From contig CM060731.1 in assembly GCA_030704615.1 (NCBI GenBank), positions 62,186,001 through 62,250,000 on the forward strand: 64,000 bases of DNA, in the 5' to 3' direction. Source of the stretch: Takakia lepidozioides (lineage: Eukaryota; Plantae; Bryophyta). Both the position numbers and the translations under genes were made by a program. The notes under the pieces are model-generated. The model saw only the letters and a program-made list of their open reading frames with translations, ran no database searches and was not told where the DNA came from. Below, in pieces: positions 1 to 10,490 of this stretch. Within the stretch, counting starts at the first letter, position 1. Each line of letters starts with the position of its first letter.

Positions 1-649
1 TATTTGTGATATCCGTCTTTCTCTTAAGTAGATTATCTGTCCTCCCACTAATTGGTCAACAAAAGAGGCTCCTTAGGATTTCACCTGTACAGCTTTATTT
101 ACAGGAAACATGAGGTATTTGAACATAGGATAGAAAAACCGCAAAACCTGGGTAAGAACAAAGAAGGGAGGAAAGGGATGCAAGCTAAAGTAAACTATTC
201 AAACTTCTCTGTCATCCCAACCTACTTAGGAGCTAATTTCGAGATAAGCTGCCAGTATCAATATCTCCTCATCACGTTTGCGGTATGCGTCACTCCACTC
301 TTTGGAGCGGAGTCTTTCAATAGTTGGGGAATTTCCCATTGAGGTCGGTCTTCTGAAATTAGTGGTCGATTGGCAGGAATTTTATCGGCTTTAAAAGCTG
401 GTTGCAGTAACTTTGAGAAAACTTTGTTAGTTGAACCAAAATTAGATTGTTTCCATGCTATGCCATCACTCCGTTGATGCTAAGAGATTATGCAAAAAAT
501 TCTACATCTTATAGAAATTGATCAGAGACTGACGAAGATCTCCAATTTCAAGTTCTCACAAACATTATTATTTCCAAATCTCTAAATGTTTTTAAAATGC
601 CGATTGTCAACAGAGGCATGGCTTTTCTTTTTTCTTTTTTTTGAACGCC

Positions 650-1265
650 ATGGACTCTCTATTGCTTCACTATTGCCAGTGAACCCAGAAGGGGTGGACA
701 TCACATCCAAGCACGACTGCAACCAACTCATTAGAAAGGAGCTCATGGAGCTACATGTCGGGAGAACCTGGAAGTTATCCAACCTCACGACAAAGCTCCA
801 TTTCTATCGAGAAACATTCCTGATTCTCCGAGATGAGAGAATCTTGTGGCCCAATTACCTTTCGGCCTCTTTATCTCCTGCTCGCTTGAGGGCTTTGGGG
901 CGGTTCAGGGTGGGGACTGGCAGATGGGAAAACCTGCAGCGGGAGGACCGCCTATGTCCAGCTTGCACAGGGCGCAACCAGGAAATTGAAACTGAAGAAC
1001 ACTTCTTCAATTGCCCTCTATACTATGAGATCCGTGGGAGATTCCATTGTCTATTCCGTGGAACCCAATCTCTCACTGAGGTCTTTCATTATGAAGATCA
1101 GAAATGTTTGGCAGCGTACCTGCACGAGGCAATCACCCTTAGACAATCACTCGAACAATAGTCCTTATCTCTAACTCTGATTTCCTGTTTTCTCTCATTA
1201 TTTGTCCCATAAGCTCTATGAGCTTTCTGCGGACGTTATAAAGCACCGTTTCATTTCATTTCTTT
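650..1265 (+). mobile_element. 5'-truncated non-LTR retrotransposon, family A (C-terminal Cys/His region plus 3' tail)
   Basis: ORF has RLCPAC...ETEEHFFNCPLYYEIR. The 3' end has hairpin AAGCTC-TAT-GAGCTT and a (CATTT)n tail. Many copies occur in the window. Confidence 0.8.
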
Positions 1266-2241
1266 TTTGACCCTTCACAGCACCCATGCAATATTTCTCT
1301 CCAGGCTGCTTGATCATTTGGCAGGGGTAGGTTCTATAATTCAAAGTACAACATGTTATTTATTATTTGAAATAGTCTGCTTTGTGGATTCAAAGTTCCA
1401 AATTTCATCCTCTCTTTCTCCAGTGTAGCTGAATTTTCTCTAATAGTCTGAAGGGGATATCTCTATCGAACTTCCTGTTGTTTGGTCAAGGAAGACAGTT
1501 TCCAATTGTTAATCCAAACATCTGATTTTTGTATATAACTCAGTTAAGCTTACTTAAGAGGGTCAATGAGTTCTTTTGCACTGCAGGGCTTTCCAGTGTT
1601 AGAGGGAACTGAAGGCAGACCCAGTGAGATGGGGAGGCAAGTCAGTATGGAGGTGGGAGACGATGGTATCGCGCTTGTGACTCTTAACAAGCCTCCTGTC
1701 AACTCCCTCGATAATGACAGTCCTAACTCTGGTGTGTTTGATCTCTCGTCTTTTTGTTATCTCATGACTTATGTCTCCATTTTGGTCCGTCTCTCAGTCT
1801 GTTTTGCACTAATCTCCACGTTATGGATTTCAGGTCAAAAATAGAATCTTGGTTATGGCCTATTTGCTCACCTGTCCTGTATTGTTTTCCCGTGAAAGTT
1901 GGCAGGAAAGGGGCAACATCATAATCAAAGTGAATGCATGAGAAAACTTGTCCTCCTTTTCTTTGCTCCTGCATTGTGTCTTACTAACTCCATTGAGGCT
2001 GTGTGAGAGAAATCTCTATAGGCACATGCATTCTGCAATTTGTTTCCTCTTTCAGCAATTGGTGGTCCCATCTCTTAGAAAATTCGTGGATTAAACCATG
2101 GTCGATCTGATGTGATGCAACTACAGTCATGGCACAACTGAAGGAGGTTTTCCTTGAGGCTCATTCTCACCCTGATGTGAAGGCCATTGTTGTCAAAGGT
2201 GCTTCACCCTTCCCCAACACTCCTACTCTCAATTGGTCTTG

Positions 2242-3025
2242 CAACATATGTCCAACACCAGATATCCTAAGTTAATCGACTCTATATCTTGGAAACAGGA
2301 CTGCCCTGTCAAACAGGCTAAGTCCTGGTAGAAGAGAGTACAAGAGATTCTCAAGGACCTGGATCTGGATCCGCAAGTCTTGACCCTGCTGGATAAATCT
2401 GACTTAGAGGCTGTAGTGTCCAAAGCCATGTCTGTTGCCATGAAATTGTCTAATGAAAATGAAGTTAGGCAGAAAACTTCCCTGAACTTGTTTCCAGTCT
2501 GTGACATGGGGGAGGACATCTTGGATGACCTCAAGGGTCTACCCACTCTCGGCACTAGACTGAAATTTAAACTCAGGGCAGGAAGCCTACCTTTGAACAG
2601 CAAACAGAAGCAGAGAGGAAAGGGAGAGTGCAATTGCCCGTTGTGTGGGCAACCTAAAGACAATATTCATTTTCTGATACACTGTCCGGGGTTGTCTCAC
2701 CAAAGAGACGCTCTCTTCAAATCTATCAAGGGAATTGTGCATGTACCTCTGTTTACCAACTTTGAAAGTCTCGAGGCTGAGCCAAAAGCCCAGGCCCTTC
2801 TGAGGCCTAGTTTTTGGGCAAATCACACAACAGCAGATTGATGCTTGTGTGAAGGGATTTCTAGAGGATATCTGGAAAACCCAGATCAATGCTATGTATC
2901 AAGGTAAGTCTTACTACCACCGTCAGCCCCTGACAGAGGTAGGTTCTATCCCTTTGGTTTCCGCTCAAACTGGGTGCGGGGTCAATGGCCACAAGGCTAC
3001 GGCAAACAACGTCTTATGAGTACAT
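2242..3025 (+). mobile_element. 5'-truncated non-LTR retrotransposon, family B, with 15-bp target-site duplication
   Basis: ORF has LKFKLRAGSLPLN...CPLCG...HFLIHCP. Conserved 3' end GGCCACAAGGCTACGGCAAACAACGTCTTATGAGTACAT. TSD TCTCAATTGGTCTTG at 2227-2241 and 3026-3040. Confidence 0.85.
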
Positions 3026-3124
3026 TCTCAATTGGTCTTGTTTGAAGTCCTGCCTCTTCTGGTCCAGTGTGTTGGAGGGGGAGAGACACACAGACCGTGA
3101 TAGAAATGTCCACAGGAAGCCCTG

Positions 3125-3750
3125 AGAGCTTATGGGAATGGTGCTTTATAACGTCCGCGGAAAGCTCATAGAGCTTATGGGACAAAATGGAAGAAAACAT
3201 GAGAGAGGAACAAATCCAGAAACCACAATTAATGTTCTAGCGATTGTCTAAGGGTAAAGGCCTCGTGCAGGTAGGCTGCCAAGCATTTTTTATCCTCATA
3301 GTGGAAGACATCAGTGAGAGTTTGGGTTCCACTGAATAAACAGTGGAATCTCCCACGGATCTCGTAGTATAGAGGGCAGTAGAAGAAGAAGTGTTCTTCA
3401 GTTTCAATTTCCTTGCTGCGCCCTATGCAAGCTGGACATAGGCGGTCCTCCCGTTGCAGGTTTTCCCATCTGCCAGTCTCTATCTGTAGGTTGTGGGAAC
3501 CCACCCTGAACCGCCCCAATGCTCTCAGGAGGGAAGGAGATAAGGATGCTGAAAGGTAATTTGGTCTCAAGATTCTATCATCGCAGAGCACCAAGAATGT
3601 CTCTTGAGAGACATTGGGAGAGACATGGGAGAGACATGTTCTGTAAGGAATTATTTGCCTTCGAATCAGCTTCTTTAACAAGAAGTCTGCCCAATTTATG
3701 ATTTTCCCATTGAGGCAAATCAACACCTGCTCTATCAACTCCTTGATGAA
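3125..3750 (-). mobile_element. Non-LTR family A fragment, cut at 3750 by the CACTA-type terminus
   Basis: ORF 3229-3753 has RFRVGSHNLQIETGRW...CPLYYEIR and matches the copy at 650-1265. Confidence 0.8.
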
Positions 3751-5059
3751 CACTAGAAGGAAAATGGGATTTTATTACTAGGCTTATTACTCATTTTTAG
3801 TAGTAAAAGACACCCTACTACTGGTCGAGTACGAGTTACAAAGAACCAGTGGATTCGGACAGCCTAGTAGTAAAACTCATGACATGGCATAAGTAGTTTA
3901 TTCCAGTAGTTAGCATTTCTCCGATATCCCTACCATGTGGTTGCTAACATGGCACAATTGTCTAACCACCTAGTATTTTCATTTACTGGTGCAAAATCCG
4001 ACATGACCATCGGCCATTGAAAATTCTTCTTAGACACGTATCTTCTGTAGGTGGAATTATTGATTTTATAATGCCACGTGGCTTGACAACAATGGATCAT
4101 ATGATACTTAGCTCAATCATAGTATAACAAACCATTGTGTTAGTAGTTGCTACTACTCCACATGTAATGATGGTCTAATTTTTTTATATTATATAAATTA
4201 TCCAAAGTAATTTACACTACAACAGATGAGCGTTTTTATGACTGCACATATGACTATTTTTCAGTCTTATATGCGTTCATGACTACATCACTCTGTAGTG
4301 AAAAAAACCCTGTTATAGCGACTAGTCTTTAGGACTGCGTTTTGCAAGTCATAGCCGTGACTGTGTGCGTGGTACCTGGAGTCATCCATAAGAGAGGGAT
4401 GTAGTCACAACTCTATGACTACATTGTCTGCTGAGCGTTGCCTACATGGAAAGGCTTTAGAGGAACACGTGCACCACTGCGCAGGCGACACGTCACGACA
4501 CCTGTTGCACTTCAGATGGACATGTGGCACTTATACAGAATATATGACTACTTATCGTTACACGTGGTGAAAATATGGATCAAAGAATGTCGTGTCATAT
4601 AATGCCACGTCTTCTAATTCGAGCAGGGTTTATGCCACGTGTCATCAAGAATGTTCTTTGAAAATAATTTAATAGTTTATATTTGTAATTTTAAATTCTT
4701 AAATTTATATTTCTATTTTTAAAAAACAGGGGAATGGCAGCTTGGAAATTTTTATTAAATGGTAGTATTGTTTAATTTATTAATATTATAAAAATAAAAA
4801 TAGATTAAATGATTTAAATTCTTCATTACATGGTGAAATTCCGATATAAAAACAGAATGCCCCTCCTGCATACTAGCAACCACAAGACAATGAAAATAGA
4901 CAAGTTCCAGGGAATACACGCCCTGTAAATTATATTACAAAAATCCAAATGAGACCAATGTCCCAATAGACACCTCAAAGGCCACAAGGTCCAAAAATTC
5001 ATGCCTGAAAAAGCCCAGTAAGCAAAAAAATAAGCAAGCCCACACCTAGGCTGAATTGT

Positions 5060-6257
5060 TATAATACTAGTTTGTTCTGTTGCTACTAGCTGAATCAAGG
5101 ACCCTGTTAAACAGAGCAATACTTTTGGATAAGGCCAATTCTGATAAGAGGGAAAAACAGGGTGAAATGTGTTGAAGAAGGTGCCTTGATTAACAGTGCC
5201 TGATTTGATCAATTGTGCCGCTGCGGCGGCGGCTTCCAGTTGACCATCTACCCATGCAGGTTTTTTGTACCTATCCTTCCACAGGGAATCATAGGAAATC
5301 TGGAGCTTGAAATCCGGCCCACCTGGATGAATCTGGACCCACACTCTATCCCTACTCCTTCAGCTATCCATGCCCCTGCACAAATCATGCATACATCCTC
5401 GCCTTGCTGCTAGCAGCTGACTGCTTGAGCAAACACCCCAACCCTAGTTATCACACTAGTTCATATGCGTTTGCTTCCAACAGGCATTCACCTTTTGCCT
5501 CGATTGTTCCACCATTGACTGAGGTCGGAAACGTATTCACTCCAGAGCTTCTCCTTGAGTCTATGTTATCTATTTTTTGATACTTACCTGTCAACCACAT
5601 TGGCAGTAATATGTCAAAATCACTCCCCACAATAGATCCACCAACGACCTAACTTGCAGAATTCAACGTAAAAATTCAGAGATGACTCTGATAGCATGGG
5701 AAAATAGGATGAAATATGTTGAAGAATGTACCTTCAATAGCAGCGCCTTGTTCTATGAATTGTGCTGATGTCGCTGCTGTTTTCAATTGACCATCTACCC
5801 ACTTATAGCCGCTGTGCTATTGAAGGAGATCATAGGTCTCCAAACTGAAGCTGAAAACGGGTAGCCAAGACATGTTCCAGAACAATTGTAAATCCATTGT
5901 CAAGGACTTCCTGTGAGAACGGCACCGGTTTGTCGTCAGAGAAGAACTCCGCTTCAGAGGAAGTCATCTTCCCTCCTCGCGTACGTAGATGCATTGCTAT
6001 CGCAGACCTTCAATGTAAATTTGTTGACTGAGGTCTCCAAAACACTGTTGAAGAATGAGCAGAGAATATCGCGGAGGAAGCTCACACGACGACCGTGCAT
6101 TTCCGTTATTCCTTCCAGATATGCAGTCGTCCATTTTAATTACTTTTTTTGTGGGCCCTGTGGTCAGAGTATCCCTAGGAGCAATGTCGGCAGCTGTTAA
6201 ACCTTTAATCAGAACCTCATCAATAAACACAACAACAAGCTGACTTCCTGGAAGCAT
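5060..6257 (-). pseudogene. Unknown multi-exon gene with two diverged copies of a ~60-aa module, head-to-head with the ParB-MTase gene
   Basis: WVDGQLEAAAAAAQLIKSGTVNQGTFFNTFHPVFPSYQ (~5140-5255) versus WVDGQLKTAATSAQFIEQGAAIEGTFFNIFHPIFPCYQ (~5690-5802). Minus-strand splice signals near 5376, 5490 and 5587. In-frame stops present. Confidence 0.5.
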
Positions 6258-7201
6258 GCCACAGGATTTGAGGGTGGGATAGTAGATTAAGTAAATGCAT
6301 CTTTATACTACTACCAATGATATGCGCATCCGGAAAGTTCAAACTGTGAAACGAACGTGGGGTTGGCTAACAAGGATGAATGTGTATGATATCAACAAAA
6401 TTGTCATCAAACACTCGTTCATTTAAATATATTTGTCTAAGATTGTGAGCTAAGATGTATGAGATTCCCTGTTATTTTAATTTATTGAAACCGTTCTAAT
6501 AAACAACGCGCCGTTTATTTTAGGAGACACACGTCAGACATCGATATCTATATTGAATACGAACAGCTGTACACTAATTGCTGGCAGGTGCACCAATAAG
6601 GGAACGACTATGTGTAACGGTCACGCGAGAAGGAATCTGATGCTTCTAGAGACAAGCCACAACGCACGTAATCCCGCAAGAAATCGAGAGTCACTTTGTC
6701 TTTCTAGTTTTCGCACTTAGAGGGAGAGTGGTAGTCAAGCTGGAGAGGGTTCCTTCTACAATACGAAAGAGAAGAAAGTATGTTTATTTTACATCCCTTA
6801 GAGAGAGACGCAGAGCAAGAGAGCAAATGATGAGGCGTCGTTTGTTGGAGAATATAGGGCCAAGACAGCATGTGAACGCGGAGACTGAATCACAAGAGCA
6901 GACCGAGAATGAGGCTGCGGCAGTGACACAGTCGGCGATAACAGTGAGCGTTGGAAACAAGCCTGTGGATGCCGAGATGATTCGCAGGGAGACTAAAGGA
7001 GGTGGAAGTCCGGGGAACGCTGAACCGGGAGAAGGTCCCCAAACCCTAGAGCAGACAGAAAATCCAGCAGATGTGAAAGGGAAGAGGAAAGCTGTAGAAG
7101 GGGATCCAATTTCGAAACCCAAGAAGGCGCCCGTAAGTGTTCTCTACCTTCCATTTCATGGTTGAAGATCTGTTAAAAGATTGAGTGCAATGTCCTAGAA
7201 A

Positions 7202-7970
7202 GGGATTGTCGCTACCGACCATCACCATGAAACAATGGTGATTTGCTTTTACTCCTCTGTTAAGGGTTTTCCACACCATGAGTGGGTGACTGACATTACC
7301 GTCATTCATTGTTCTTCAGATCATACAGTCTGTCTGATTGCTTTTAAAGCAGTCATTCCTCTTCCCTCTTTAGCAGGAACCACTGATTGAAGTCTATTGA
7401 AGTGCGAGCGTCGTTAACGCCATTCAATTCTCCTCATGAGATTTATGTAACTATCTGCTTGAAGAGAGAGTGAGGGTCGACATATTGAGTCATATTGCCT
7501 TGCAATGCATTTTCTATGTTTGAGGTTGAACAGATATAGAAGTGGAAAGGCGGTACTGCCAATCAAAGATTTGGAGACCATACTGTAGGTTCAGGTAGAG
7601 TATCGATTGGAAAGTACTCTCGACATAGACAAGAACCAGGGATTGTTTGCGCTGTTGATCACAATGGAGTCTATGTGAATTATCTGCACTTACTGTCTGT
7701 CCTGAACTATACTGAGTGTCGTTGCCACCAATCACTTGGACATATATGTCATTGCACCATACCGATCCGATAGGTCCCACTGTTTTGTGATTGTCGTTAA
7801 CGCCGTTCGCTAATACCCAAAACCTCTCTGTTCCTGTTTCCATAGAATCATAGTATTTTGTTTTGCATTCGTTTGGATCAGCTTTTCTTGTGTAGATGGT
7901 TCTGAATTTGTTTGACACCATTCATTGTGAGTTGAGATGAGACGTAGTGATGGCCGTTACCGCCGTTCAC
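7202..7970. repeat. Seven degenerate copies of the 24-bp palindrome in intron 1 of the ParB-MTase gene
   Basis: Copies start at ~7202, 7286, 7404, 7712, 7787, 7902 and 7947, e.g. GTGATTGTCGTTAACGCCGTTCGC and GTGATGGCCGTTACCGCCGTTCAC. Confidence 0.6.
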
Positions 7971-9789
7971 TATTTGCACATTACTCACAGTCAGATTTGA
8001 ATGACATCGTGTAGAAAACTGTGAAGTCCAAGCATACAGGAACAGAGGGAAAATGATCTGGAGATGGGGACGAGTTTGGCAAAAGCTCAGAGAATAGCGA
8101 TGAAGCAGATGAATCTGAAGTGCACTACCTTGACAAGGTGAAAGAACTCATGTCATTCCAAAATGTAAACTCTCAAGATGTTATAAGGGACATGCTCGTC
8201 TCGGGAGGGCGTCTGGACATCCCACTATGCCGTATGATATCTATGTTTGTTGTGCGTCTACCTCTTTCCCATGACATAACAAAATTGGAGAGTGATTTTC
8301 GTGCATGGATACAAACTTGGTGCACAAGTTTTTTATGTGTCACTGACGGATACAAATGGGAAAAACACATTAGTGTCTTCTGAGTTCAGAGATACCTGGG
8401 ATGAGAGCTGGAAGGATGCTAATGAGGAGTTCGAGCTGGGCCTCATGATGGGAAAAAACACCCAGCAATTCTGCAACCACATGTTCTACGTCTGGGACGG
8501 CAACCACCGATTGCTGGCATGGATGGGATACATTCAGAAACATCATGCGAAAGACAAAGACAAGCATGTTGCTGTGGAGGCAATGGTTTTGGATCCTGGA
8601 AACGACATCGTTAGGCTTCTTATAGTTATGCACGACGTGAACAAATAAGTCATCCTAGAGACTCTCATCCTCTGTAGTGTCTATTTAATCCCTTAAAAAA
8701 ACATTGTTAACGAATGCATTGTTTCCAATGTTTTTGCATATCGACAGAGAAATCGCATGTGACAACAAGCTTGGTCCACACACTGTTCCGAATTAAGAGG
8801 ATTGGTCTGATGAAGCTGGATGATTTTCGCACAGTACTCAACCCCAATATAATCAAGAAGTGCGAAACAGGAAGAGCTGCAGGCACTTGGTATTCTTTGA
8901 CTCGAGAGACGTTTCTGGAGTACATGTATGCGGTAAGCCCAAGCTTGTACTCAGTTGACTTTCTGAGTATATGTTTGTATTTTGTTTGGTACTAATCCTT
9001 ATTTTAATCGATGCAGCAAGAATTGGTAGAGGCAGCTGAGAAGGGAAAATCCGAATATTACCGCACTACACCAGAGGAACTTAGGACATCAAAGGGTGTG
9101 GAAGCAACAATAAAGAAGGAGTTTGAAATGCGCAGAACCAAACTGATGTGCGCCTTCGGAAAGCAGCTTAGAACAATAGATCCTGGACTTGGTGCTGAGT
9201 TCCTTCAGCAGATCAAATCTCACTATGACAAGCATGTGCATCCGGAGATGCAGCAGGAAAAATTGCACCGGTTGGCCATATCCATGGCCGACCCCCAATA
9301 AGATGGCTGGAGATTTGGAACTCAGATCAGATAGTGAAGGACTTGAATCAGTTCCCAAAGAGCACCATACAGCCTGGCACAAAGGTGGAAGGAATCAGTG
9401 ATTTAGTGTTTGATAACTGGCTACACAAGGCTACATTTTGGAGTAAGGTGTGTATTCAAATAAGCAGTTTTTTTGGTTCAATTATGTGATGAGTATCTTA
9501 TTTGCAATACTGATAAACATACAATTTGCAGCTCGAAAAGTGCGCAATCCTTGTGTTGGAGCAGACTTTGAAGGACTTGAACATTTCGATTGTATCCCCT
9601 CCCCAAATGTCATTGGAGGCATACATAAGGAAGTTGAGAGGTCTCACCTGGAGATACTGTTTTTTCCGGGAGTCCTCCAAGGAGGGTAACATTTTACGGT
9701 CCAACAACTTTGACAGTCAGGTTGGGGGAGAGTGGGCCATGATGCGAGTTGTGTATAGGTGCAAAATCATCCTGGAAACTCTACTGCAC

Positions 9790-10490
9790 TTTTTGAGAAA
9801 TCATTAGGCTTGATTAGCAGTGTAATCATAGATCCAAAGTGAATGTCGTTGACGACATTCATTTCTATTTCAGTGTCATTCTAAAGCGAGAATTTTGCAT
9901 TATTCTGGAATTAGGAGCTTAGAGTGTATTTATAATGTCCCTAATGGGAATTTTGTGAATGGCGTGTTTTTTCCACTTGTGAGAAATCTTCAGGCTTGCT
10001 TATCAGTTTAATCAGAGATCCAATGTGAATGTCGTTGACGACATTCACTTCTATGTCTGTGTCATTCATCAGCGAAAGTTTGAATTAACCTGGATTAGGA
10101 GCTTAGGCTGTATTTATAGGGTCCTTGATTGGAATTTTGTGAATGGCGTTGACGACATTCACATCCAGAGTTATTATGAGATCCTTAGAGGTATGTACGT
10201 TTTGAATGTCCATTGAGTTTTAAGTGAGGGTTCCTCACTCGAGTTTTCTGAATGTCGTTGCCAACATTCAGTTTGTATGCAATGATTTTGCCTCTTTTGA
10301 GAAATTATTTGGCTTGATTAGCAGTGTACTCAGAAATCCAAAGTGAATGTCGTTGACGACATTTACTTCTATGTCTGTGTCATTCCAAATCGAGAGTTTG
10401 CATTCACCTGGATTAGGAACTTAGGGTGTATTTGCCGTATCCTTGAATGGAATTTTGTGAATGGCGTTGACGACATTCACATCCAGAGCT
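9790..10490. repeat. Tandem array (~190-bp higher-order units) with six full copies and one half copy of palindrome GTGAATGTCGTTGACGACATTCAC, in intron 5
   Basis: Copies at 9839, 9955 (half), 10025 (perfect 11-bp arms), 10139, 10248, 10343 and 10457. Confidence 0.9.

Noticed and set aside
9839-10480. CRISPR-like array of palindromic repeats
   Set aside because: Spacers are homologous to each other and too long, no cas genes are present, and the context is a eukaryotic intron.
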